From Yuukianura sp. NJ FZ-2021 (Eukaryota), in assembly GCA_046563655.1 (NCBI GenBank), contig CM102289.1:9982001-10046000 (forward strand): a stretch of DNA of 64,000 nucleotides, given 5' to 3'. The position numbers were made by a program, and so were the translations under genes. The notes beneath the pieces were generated by a model. It did no database searches. It worked only from the letters and a program-made list of their open reading frames with translations, and was not told the DNA's origin. Below, one piece after another: positions 50,264 to 61,387 of the stretch; positions within the stretch are counted from its first letter, which is position 1, and each line of letters begins with the position of its first letter.

Positions 50264-50448
50264 TGACAGGTGAGACGTGACAGCTGAGGCGTGACAGGTG
50301 ACAGGTGAGACGTGACAGCTGAGGCGTGACAGGTGACAGGTGAGACGTGACAGCTGAGGCGTGACAGGTGACAGGTGACACCCGGCAACTGAGAGGTGAC
50401 AGGTGACAGGTGACACCCGGCAACTGAGAGGTGACAGGTGACACCCGG
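50264..50448. repeat. 35-bp minisatellite built from 7-bp subunits, inside the HINE-like element
   Basis: 3 x (TGACAGG TGAGACG TGACAGC TGAGGCG TGACAGG), then 2 x (TGACAGG TGACACC CGGCAAC TGAGAGG TGACAGG), then a partial unit. Confidence 0.92.
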
Positions 50449-50868
50449 TGGACACAGTGCATGAGTGTGTGAAGTGTATCTGTCAACTGCGTAATAGATT
50501 TTTTGCTAAGCAGAGAATCAAGTCCCATGCCAATTGCCTTTCCAGTCTCACAAGCAGAGTTTTTTGTACCCACACTTGCATTACAAATGACCTTTGAAAT
50601 CAATTTTGACCCGGAAGGAGGTGACCTAGGGTCACACATTAAACACAAAAGTTGTTCCACTCGATGAGATGAACAACTTTTGTAGAGGTCATTTTCCCGG
50701 TTACCGGGGATAAAACCGGTTGACCTTGACCTTTGACCCGGAAGGAGTTGACACCCGGGGGTCATATTCAATAGTGACCTAGTCCGGGTCATGACATGGT
50801 CACTGGTGAAAACCGGAATCAAATCGGACCAGTAGTTTCTGAGATAATTAATCTGGACAGACAGACAG

Positions 50869-50899
<31 letters not shown>

Positions 50900-50946
50900 A
50901 ACCACTTTTATCATAATAGCTTCGCTATTATAATAACTTTTGAGTT

Positions 50947-52640
50947 TTAGTAGTAGACGTCTGAAGTGGCTCTGGGGATGAAGCCCCCCTCTGCTCTGAC
51001 CACTCTGTTGGGATTCCTGCGTTTAGTTTTGCAGTTCCAGTCTGTTGCCTGGGAACGCAGAGATTCGCAGTGGTAGTCTTTGGAGAAGGCGGATTTGATG
51101 AAATTGGCAAGGAGGTCAGGGATTTCTGGGGAAGTGCAAATGTAGGAGTGACCAAACTCCTTTGGAAAGTGCTTGAAGTAAATCGGAGCAGCAGTCACTG
51201 GACGCCTCCGAACTCCCGCTTTGTACAACTAAAACGAAAGTTGAAATAAAATCCAACTAAATTTAAAAATGTAAATGTTTTTTGAACCTTGACTCCTAGG
51301 AAGTAGGGCACTACAAGGTCATCTGCTGTGTGCATAATGAGGATGGGAATGTCAATGTTGGCGATGTGAAGGTCACTGTCGAAGGCCAAGTCACTTTTGC
51401 GCAGAGGTCGAATGGCCAAGTGCTCCAGACCTTCAGGAATCCAGCGATAGATCTTGGCAATATTTCAATTTTTTAAGTTTTACGTTTTGAATTCCCTATA
51501 CTTTCTTTTTTGGTAATTTTTTTTTGTGAAATCTTACAACTGAGAGCCAGTGGTACTTGAATTGGTCCCTGAGGTTGCTGAAGGGAGACTCAAGAAGAAG
51601 GCCAGTGGGCCCTTCGTTGGCTAAACAAAGCCTTGACACCATGTGACACCCAATACTAACGAGAAAACAGAATTTTTAAAATCCTTAAAATTTTTGCGAA
51701 TTTGTAGCAATGTTTACCCCGTGCCGAGCGAGTGCCCCCAGACGATGAGGGGGGTGGTGGCCCTTGAAGGGCCCAGTTTGTTGTTGATCCAAGTGTAGAG
51801 ACAAGTGGAGTCCGTGACAACGCCTGTTTCGAAGGGGGCTACCCTTGTGGAGTCTGCGTATCCACGGTAATCCAGTGTAAGTACATGGTAGTCCAGACTC
51901 TGCAGAAGTTTGTACAGAGTTTTGCGATGCCAAAGGGCCCTTGAGGCCGAAGTCCCATGAAGGTACAGGATGATGGGCCTGCCAGAAGTGCACAACGAAG
52001 TCTCCCAGTACGAACCATCACGACCAGCGGATCCACCAACTTCAGATTCAGGCAGTACATGCCTGCAATTTAACATTTAGGAACATTTTGAATTTATTTT
52101 CCAAATTTTGAAAAAATTTGAAATTTTGGAAAGTTACCAGACGCCAATTTGAATGCCTGGTTCTGAGGTGAGGTAGAAGTTTCTGGTGCCCTTGAGCCCT
52201 TGGCTCTCGGGATCATCAAAGTTGACCCAGAAGGGACGCAGTACTAAAAACCAGACACAAATTTAGAATTGGCGGGAGAGTTGAAATTCAGTGCTCTAAT
52301 TTAGCACTTAAATTGACTTAATTTTTGTATTGTAAAGCTACTTTGTAACTTTACCAAATGGGAGGAAGATTAGATGTCTGCGAATGTAAGTGTTTGAATA
52401 GAAGAGGATGGGAGGCACAATGTACAGAATGAAGGTTGACCCAATGGCCCAGGTCACAGTGAAGTGAAGCTGCTTACGCAAACTACAAATTCAACTTTCA
52501 ACATTTATCTCTCTTTTGCACACTTTGCACAACAATCCATTCACAAAATTTAATGTCTAGACTTACTATTCATAGTAGGCGAAGAACAGAGTCCCGATTG
52601 CACCAGTCGTGACGCCGATCAGAAAATTTCGGAGGCCCAT
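50947..52640 (-). CDS. ABHD12: ABHD12-like alpha/beta hydrolase (lysophosphatidylserine/monoacylglycerol lipase family), ~405 aa, 7 exons
   Basis: Exons (minus): 52640-52567, 52482-52355, 52243-52138, 52062-51718, 51655-51538, 51452-51288, 51228-50947; sum 1218 nt. Motifs: N-terminal TM, GLKGTRNFYL...IGVWHVLP, PIILYLHG, DYRGYADS, WGHSLGTG (nucleophile Ser), LESPF, ILIMHTADDLVVP (Asp), FGHSYI (His). Confidence 0.92.
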
Positions 52641-52764
52641 TTCCAAAAAATAATGAAAAACCAATTTTGTAAAACTTGTATTCCGTTTTCAATTTTTCAA
52701 GTTTGTAAAATTCAACACTTGTTATCACTTTTGGAACTAAAAAACATTAGTTTTCCCTCTGCTC

Positions 52765-52778
52765 ACCGCCAAGGTAAC
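52765..52778. promoter_or_regulatory. Candidate RFX X-box upstream of the ABHD12-like gene
   Basis: ACCGCCAAGGTAAC matches RYYNYYWWRRNRAC and lies 125-138 bp upstream of the ATG at 52640. Confidence 0.35.
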
Positions 52779-55700
52779 TTTCTAAAATTGAATCCAAATG
52801 TTGACTGTTCATTAAAATTCAGTTTGGTTTGTTTGTGATTTGAGTTGTGTATGAAGTTGAATGACAAGGAGGTTTATGAACAAAGAGGATGCGACCTTAA
52901 CCACACTGCAATCACAAATAGCATGAACTCTTCTAATATCCAGACACAAGCTAAGTTAGTCTAGTTTGAACTTTGACCCCTCCTCCTTCGCTTCTATTTC
53001 AAAACAAAGCAGCTACTTAGGGAAACCAACCCACACAACTTTTTCTTAAACTTGGACTTTGGACTCTGTGCGCTTTAGTTTTAAAAACTGGATGTTTTTG
53101 CAAAAAGTTGACGCTTTAAAGAGTGACGCTGGAGAGGTTATCAGGTTTGACCCGGATTTAATTGACACTCCAGCGTATGTCCAACCAACAAGTGCTAAAA
53201 GTGTGTGTCGTGTAGAGTAAACAATTAGAAAATTAGATTATCCTATCATTTCGCAATTCAAATACGATGGATTTCCCTAAGACACAAATTAGTTCAAATG
53301 GACAAACATTAAACAAAGCAACCAGGAAGCATAGTGGTTTTTTTCAAAATTAAAAAACAAGTCTACGTCTTGCGTGACTAGCTTGTGAACCTTATTATAA
53401 TTTTTTTGGACGAGACAAAAAAGAAGTTTGAAACGAGGAGCAAGAGGCTGTTGCTGCCACGAGGAAGAAATGGCAGGGGAAGCTCCAACCACTTTTTAGT
53501 TTTTGTAAAAGAGACCTGCTGAACTTTAGCGCCATGTCCAGAGGCATCTTGCTTGTTTCACTTCTCACTCCATGCGACTCGCATCCCTCCCTTTTAAGAT
53601 CTCATCATTTGTGTAGTCTCAGAAGAAAGTAAATTGTGGAATATAAATAATAAGTTATGCCTTTACTTCCAAAACCACGAACTGAAAGTTAGTTTTAATA
53701 GGAGCTGGACTTATGCTGCATTAACAGACACTTCAACGCTTCCTATTCCAAGCAGATTAAGGGCTCTCCACGTGGTCTCTCTTCTCAATCTTTGTTTAAA
53801 AGCAGATCTTTGGCATGGTTTTTATTATGCAGAGATAAATAGGAAATTAGGTACCCTTCCACTTCCAGAACACCAACGTTCTGTTTAGACCAAACTAAAA
53901 ACTGTTTCTACTCAAAATCAAACTTCTTCCGATTTACGACTTTGGTCCAACCCACTCTTTACGACACACTCCCACAATGGGTGACGACAAACACAAATCA
54001 ATCAGCAAAGGACCCACGAAGGACCTTGACCAAAGGGCCCCAAGTACCCCCACACTTGATGGCTTTATTGCTTGTGCTTAGACTTAAGAACAGGGCCCTT
54101 TTTCACTAAAACCCAAAGGAAAAGAAGAAAACAAGCCCAAACTTTGTTCCTTTGAACTTCTTTTGGTTCTTTTTTTGAAAATCTAAACAAAATGTTGAAC
54201 TTTTAGTAACTTGAGGAGGCCGTTGCATGTGATGGACTCATCACATCGCAAGTCATGGCGAAATCACTTCACTCTTCTCATTTTCCCTTGTGGTGGATTG
54301 TTGAAATGGAGCAGAAAAGAAAATAGATGGTCTCAAGTATCCAGTTATAAACAATTCTCTCAAATTAGACTGGGAAATTGGAGGGGAGATTCGGGGTTTT
54401 TGAAATGCCGGGATTAAGCAGGAACGAGATGACCATCATTCCAGTCCACTCTGAATTCTTATGGACAGGAAGGGGAAGCGGGTAATTTAAACTCCGTTCT
54501 TCCATTGCTAAATGGCCCATTTGGTTTGGTAATCAAACCAAACTAAAAATGACTTTCACTTCTGTCCACTCCATAGACTCTCCACTTTCCATTTTACGAA
54601 TTTACAATTTAGCATTTCCAAAAGTAGTCTCAGAATCCAGATTTTCAAATGGCTCACCAGCCATTCCTGGAGTTGGATCTTTTGAAAGTGAAATTGTGAT
54701 TTTTTATTTGTGAGTTGCACAATGGAGAAAAGGAATTGATTTGTGTGATTCTGGAGGAAGTGAATCTCTGTGAAGCGTAGCATTTTGTGCTCCTCAACCC
54801 TTCTTCAAATCATTTTATGTGCGAATCTCTTCTTGTGCTTATGCATCACAAACATAAAGTTAGAAAGAGAAAAAATATGACTTCCATCTTCAAAAAGTTT
54901 ACGACTCTTTGATCCCAGTACGAACTTCTGTGGTTTGAAAGCCAACTGCTGCTGACGGCCTTCAATTGACTGACCGGGAACAAGTCACCCGGGTAACTCC
55001 GAAAAACTTTACTTTTTAGTTTCAATTGAAAAAGACGCTTATTTTTTCCTTCTTTGCGGTGGAATCGCGTCATAAAATCCGACTCTTTTCTGCTACTGCT
55101 CCACCGTAAACTCCATCATCATAAAATTCAAAGGGTTGCATAAATTAAGTAAAAGGGAACAATATGCACATAAAAGTAGGGAAATTCAACAGAAGAAAGC
55201 ACAAGTTACAATTCAATTTAAATCTCTCCGAACCAACCTCCATAAAACACAAATCCCGCAAGAGGCTCTCTTCCTGGTTCCAGCTGAAACATTTTTTAAA
55301 TTTTAGATCCTGTCCATAAGTTTCTCGGTTTTAAAAAATGTGATTCCAATAGAAACTTTGTACTAAAAGGTCTAATGAAAAGGAATCCCATTGACTTTGG
55401 AAGTGCGAGAACAATTAATATTTTTTAAGTTGCTGATGAGAATGTCTGATGATGAGATAAGTAAATAGGAGGGCATTTACGGGACTTTTAGTATTTTGTC
55501 TTTTGAAAACCGGTTCGTAACCCGGGAGAAAAGCGGAAGATGAAGAGATAAAATTTTATGAAACCAGGAGGAAGTAGTGCTATTTACTCAAGTGAGTGAC
55601 CATGGGTAGCCAAAATTAACAAAGATGTCTCTCACCAACTAAGATCCTTTGTGAGGAGATTAAAAAGATAATAAATAATTTCTACTTTCTCCCCTAACCT

Positions 55701-58368
55701 AACCAACGTTAAAACCTGAGAGAAAGAGAAGTTGCATCATGAATCAAAGGCTTATCTGAGTATCTTTAAACGTCCCGCTGAACTCATTCCCTCATCTTCA
55801 AAGATGTCCAGCTCACTTAGCATCATAGTTACTCCCTCCAAAAACTTATTTTTTGTTTAAAGTTAAAGCGCGGCTTGATTTGAAAATTCAAAAAAACCGC
55901 CGTGTTCTTTGTGTCCATTGTTTCATAAAACCATCTGCATAATTTGACATTTGAGATTTTTATGGGTTTACAATTAAATCCTCCATGCCACAACCTCCAC
56001 AATTTTTATTTGAACATGACACGCTATGTGACTCCAGTTGCAGCGGGGGTTCTGAAAATGAGATTTGGCTTCCTATTTTTTAAAAACGAAAAACTTCAAT
56101 TTTTTATTCTAAAAAGTGCACTTGACACTTGGGATTCATTGCATGTTTTGAAATGATAAAGCAATTTGCAATTTCCCACTACGTAGGTGGAACGTCGAAA
56201 CATAGGCCTCATTATGTAATTTTTCAACTAAAAAACATGAACCGAAACGTGGAATTACAAGTGATCACCAAGATGGAAGTAATTTTAGTTTTTAAACTTT
56301 GTGTCTGTGGAGGACCCTTGAAGGGCCCTTAATTGAAAACGGAAAAGAGCAGTGTCCGCCCACTCATCGCATGATCTGTCACTTTCCCATTACACTCAAA
56401 ACACAACAAAAACCTAACTTTTGTTAAGTTTAGGATGTGGAAGGTGACAAATAAAAATTCAAAAGTGCTGTGTTTTGTGAGTGTGAAATGTTGGTCATAA
56501 ATAAGGATGGGGTGTTTGAATATGTGAAATATGGACATTAATGTTAGTAATTACCATAATGGACTTTCTCCGTTCCAACCCACTGCACAACAGACTATTT
56601 CCACCGCCTTTCACTTCCGCACTTCTCTTTTTCTCAACATTTAGTTTTGTTTCCTTTGTTCGGTGGGTTGCAGTTCAAGTACTGCGGGGGAGGAATTGTT
56701 GCCGGGTGAGTGATTTGACACTTCAGGTGGCAATTGGAATCTTCCCGGGTTGCCCTGTCACAGGTTACACAAATTACAAAAACATAACCTACGTTTTTAG
56801 AATTTTTTTAAATTTCCCTCTACTTTTTAAAATTTAGAGCTACTGGATGATTGATCAATGGAAATGGAACCATGACGCCAGAGAGAGTGAAATTTGCCTC
56901 CCATGTGGAGAAAGAAGACAAATGAGAAAAGCCTCCTTCCGAGTCACAACTTGACAGATGCACACACTGAAAATCCAACTTTTAAATGAATTAAAAAATC
57001 AAGGTATTGGTGGAGGATGATTAGCAGAAGAGAACAATTGCAACTGTAGCAAATACACTCCACTGACTCTGCAACTACATTTTACACCACACTGGATACA
57101 TTGTAATATCAACACTCTGAAACTAGAAACAGGGAAATTTAAAAAAAGTGAGAGCATACTGACTTTTTAAGCCCCGATTCCTGATTGTCATTCTGTTGAC
57201 AGTGAACACACATTGTGACTTTTTTCTCATTTTGAGGTTGAGCACCCTCAAAGGAAAAAGTTCCTTTTTTGTGGCAATATTTTCCGTTTTAAGACTTTTT
57301 CCAACTTTCCCCCTCTTTTCTTGTGCCGTTTGCACACATGTGCCCCCCATAATTTCCAACTGACCTTCCACTCAAACCAAGATTCTGACAATAACGAGTG
57401 TTTTCATATGCGCTTCTTTTGTTCAAATTCCAACTTCTTTTTAAATTCCTCTCTCTAATTATTCCAACTGTCACTTTTCCCTGTTTTCACATTTTCACTT
57501 TTTAAAATAGGACCCATTTAGGCTCAACTAAAAAATAGACTTTTGAAAGAAGCTTAGGTAAGGAACTCAATTTCGGCACATTTAAACAAAGTAAGTGTTT
57601 TGGTTTTGTTGCGGAGACTTTTCTAAATTTTGAATGTTTTGAAAAGCAGATGCCTGTGCACATGTTTTGGCCCAATTACAAGACTCTGCACAATGATTGT
57701 TGTCCTGTTGAATTGTAAAAGTAGAAGTTTATTTACGCAGTGGAGGTTTGAGGCTGCGATAAATATTGCGGAATGACAAGGGAGGATGAGCACACGAATA
57801 ATTTATACGTCTATAAATCCCTGAGAGAAGGCATTAAAGGACAGACTATGCACAAGGAGTAATTATCATAGAATTGCAATAAAGTGAAAGTGGTTTACTT
57901 GTGTTTCTATTTTGAGTTCAGTGGAGTGGAAACCCCTAATTACGCTGTCATGGGCCAAATATCAATTTTATAGGAATCTCCAGACACTTCTTCCTTCATC
58001 GCGTGTCACCCTCCCCCTGGGGGTAGACTAAAAAGTGGACAATTTACAAAATGACGACCCATCATTAACATTCTAAACCTAACAGCATCTCTCATTTTAT
58101 GTCAATCCACAATTCCAGTCTTTGTCTCCTGACTTTTGTAAAATCAAACTTCAACAACAACAAAAAAAGAAAAGAGAAGAAGTGCGTCTCTTTTGTGCCG
58201 TTCGCTTTGAATTTTTTTTTCTTTAAAATGTCAAGACAACCAGGGTTAGTTTCCGTGTTTGCACATAACAAAAAAAATCACCAACAACAGAAAGAAAAAG
58301 AAAAAAGGAGAAGCAAAATCTTTAGTTTTCGAACCACAAATCTTGATAAAATTTTGTTGGTAAAAACC

Positions 58369-60448
58369 ATGGCTCGCTGTGTGAATCCAGGAGGAACGGT
58401 GGACGTGCTTTCACTTGCCATTTTGGAAGATCTCAAACGCGAAAAAGACACGAAACAGTGGAATGGCGGAAAAAATGTAAAAGTAATTTAAAGTATTAAT
58501 TTAAAGTATTTACAAAACTATGATTAAACGCGTTGTTAAATTGATTTTGGTTTGACAGGGCAAGGTCAACCGGGCCCTTGGATCCAAGTATATTCAAAAT
58601 TTGCCAAAGGACGCAGAAGCGTCTTATAACCCCAGTCAGTACGACAAGGGGAAGCACTGGGTGCACTGCGCATGCGCAACTGCAATTTGTGCACTCATCT
58701 ACGGAATCCTCAACCTCCTACCACTCTTTGTGCCTTACTTGAAACATACGTACGACATTGGACCAGTCAAGGGAATTGTCGTCGCATCAGCAACTTTCGC
58801 AATTGTCTTTTGCGTAAAACTAAAAACTAACAATCTAAAATTTTACTTTTTTTTACTTTACGTTTTTAAACAATTTTTAAATACAGTTCAGTCCTGTGGC
58901 CAATGCAATGGTCAATTGCATGGGTCATCGACTCACATGCATTTTTGGTCATTTGCTGCTCTTTGGTGGACTTTTACTTGACGCCTTGGAACTCCATGTC
59001 ATCGCATTCTACGCAGCTCACTTTCTCTTGATTGGACTCGGAAGCTGCTTTGCACTCACCTCTGCTGCATCCTCTGTTTTGTAATTACAAAACTTTCATC
59101 CATTTTAATTAACTTTTTAAAACAAAAACGGCTAACTGTAATCTTTATTTTGAAATGTGTAGGCGTCACTTTCGCGTGAAACTGAGTTTAGCACTGACGA
59201 TCCTGAATGTGGCTTCCCCAATTGGAACTTTGTTCTTCCACGCTATTTACTATCTTCTATCTGTCAAGGTGAATCTGTTGTTGGCAAATGGCGGGAAACC
59301 AAGACAGAATTGAAATTGACCTTTGACCTTTTAGAGTGACATGACTTACAAGTGGATTGTGGTGACGATGGCCATCATGGTTCTCATCAGCATCGCCCTC
59401 ACTCACCCTCTCCCTAAAATCTCCACCCCTGCAAGACATCCCAATCCATTTGCAAAAAAAGTGAACCAGAACAAAGTTGCTGTTAAAAAGTGCGTGGATT
59501 CAGTGACTTTCGAAAAACATGGTCAAGGAGATACTCCCCACCACCACGACCTTGACTACGAATCAGAAGATGACTCGGAAACAGACGAAGAGGAAGAAAG
59601 TCGCGACTCATGTAACTACTAATCCAACTAAATTGAAAATTTTGCTAAATTTTAAAAATTTGAACTGAAATTTGATTAGGTGTTTGTGTTTGTGAGTTGG
59701 ATCTGTCTGCTTTCACCGACATTCCATTTCTTCTTTGGGTTGTTTTGAGTTCCTGTGCAGCAGTCACAATCTACGTCCCGTGTGCATTCCTAATCTGGAA
59801 CGTCCAAGTCAGTAAGTCCGAAACAAAAGAAAAGATCTTCTAATTTCAAATTTCACCAATTCTAACTAACTTTCTCCAAAACTTCCTGAATCTCTCTACT
59901 TTCTGTGTCATTTTACAGCATACAACTTTGGGCTTGAGTCTTGTCTGTTTTTGGTAATTTGGATGTGTCTTGGATCAGTCCTTGGTCGTGCGATTGTCAT
60001 GATGAGCAAAAATCACACTTACAAATTCAGTCGAACCATTTTTCAAGTGGGGGCAATCGGTAAATCAATGTTTACACTCAAAAATGCAATGTTTTTAAAA
60101 CTGAAAAGTGGAATTTTTGCAGGTTCTGCAGTTGTTTACGGCCTTTTGTACTTTACTTCTGCGTACGGATGGTTCCTTCTGTGGTGCTTCTGCGCAGGAC
60201 TGACTGAGGGACTCATGGTTTCTGCCATTCCAAAAGTGACTTTGCAAACAATTCCTCGTAAGTTCATGTCGTACTGCTGGGGGTACACTGTGTTTTGCAA
60301 TGGAGCTGCCTCCATGGTCGGCCCATATCTCTTCATGTACTCTCGCACTGATGGCAACGGCGACATCGGAGTCGCCTGTGCGGCAGTCGCCATCATGCAG
60401 TTCTGTGCTGCTGCTCTCGCAATCTTCCTACCCAACGAAAACAACTGA
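58369..60448 (+). CDS. MFS transporter, divergent SLC16/monocarboxylate-transporter-like, ~512 aa, 8 exons
   Basis: Exons 58369-58476, 58559-58813, 58887-59080, 59163-59268, 59335-59611, 59680-59811, 59919-60059, 60123-60448; sum 1539 nt. Multiple TM helices, YDKGKHWVH (DGGWGW-like), FSPVANAMVNCMGHR (MFS motif A region), HFRVKLSLAL (YFxKRRxLA-like), an acidic central loop and DLSAFTDIPF...YVP. Confidence 0.85.
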
Positions 60449-61328
60449 ACACAAACTCTACAAAATGTTGAATTTCAAAATTTAAAGTAAAAGTAAAAGA
60501 GAAAATGGAAACTTTGAAATGGAGTTTGTTGTGTTTAAATTGGATCTGTGTGTAATTAGTTTGTTAGATGAGAGAGTGCTTTCTCCATCGTTAGGTGATA
60601 CTGTAGGATGTAATTAATAGTTGGATGTCCAGTGTAATTTAAATCAAAGGCAATTACTCGGAGATGCTTATGGACACGGGACTAATCTCCCCTCTTCATT
60701 CTAAAATAGCCTCCGGTCCACTTTCAAAGTGGAGATGACCAGTAAGTGGAGATGAGCAACATTTTAAATTAATGGGCAGGATTAATGAGAAACTGAGGGA
60801 AAGTCTATTCAATTTCAAACGGAGAGGACACTACATGCCAAACTCAAATTTTAGCGCCGCTCGGCGGATTTATGGGATTAGAGTCTCTGTCCACTTTTTA
60901 ATCAATGCCCACTTTCACTCTATCCCACATAAATCCTTCACACAATTCTGCACAAACCAGCGAAATTAAAACTTTCACCCTCCGGAATTTCTCCCGCCAA
61001 AAAAAGTAAAAAGTAAGGTTGGATTACTTTCACTTCGTCTTTTAATTTCAATTGAAAGGCTTTGTGCGGCCTCCACGTGACCGCTTTTTATGCAAAACGT
61101 TCCAGAGTGACCCGTGTGACCTGTAATGAGATTTTGGAGTTTGATGTGATGCAGATTAGATTGTTGTGCTGCTGGTGATAATACGATGACTTTCCCCCAT
61201 TTGGAGAAATATTCAAAGAGAAATGAGGATAAGGAGATTAAAACACATTGGAATAATCCCACTCTCCCTCGAGACACTTCTCTCTGCGTCATTTGACTTT
61301 CCATCCTCCATTAATCCATTGACCAAAC

Positions 61329-61387
61329 CTCCCCCGGTAGGATTCGAACCCACAACTCTCTTCCAAGGTCCACCGATACCCGGGTAA
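61329..61387 (-). pseudogene. tRNA-derived remnant (B-box/T-arm); not a complete tRNA
   Basis: Minus strand GTGGG-TTCGAAT-CCTAC-CGGGGGA forms a T-arm and an acceptor 3' strand that pairs 6/7 with upstream TTACCCG. Only 27 nt separate them and there is no anticodon stem. Confidence 0.35.

Larger units (their letters stand above)
50104..50931 (-). mobile_element. Non-autonomous DINE-1/pearl-like (Helentron-associated, HINE-type) element
   Basis: 13-bp inverted repeats ATAATAGCGAAGC (50104-50116) and GCTTCGCTATTAT (50919-50931). Perfect terminal hairpin ATAATAGC-TTC-GCTATTAT (50913-50931). (GACR)11 microsatellite at 50856-50899. TGACCTTGACCTTTGACC at 50721-50738. Internal tandem arrays and a CCCCC-GAA-GGGGG hairpin at 50124-50136. 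No credible coding capacity. Exact ends are uncertain by a few bp. Confidence 0.8.

Noticed and set aside
49953..50900. 315-aa minus-strand ORF and overlapping 113/129-aa ORFs
   Set aside because: They are translations of the microsatellite, 35-bp minisatellite and G-tracts of the non-autonomous element; no transposase or other domain is present.
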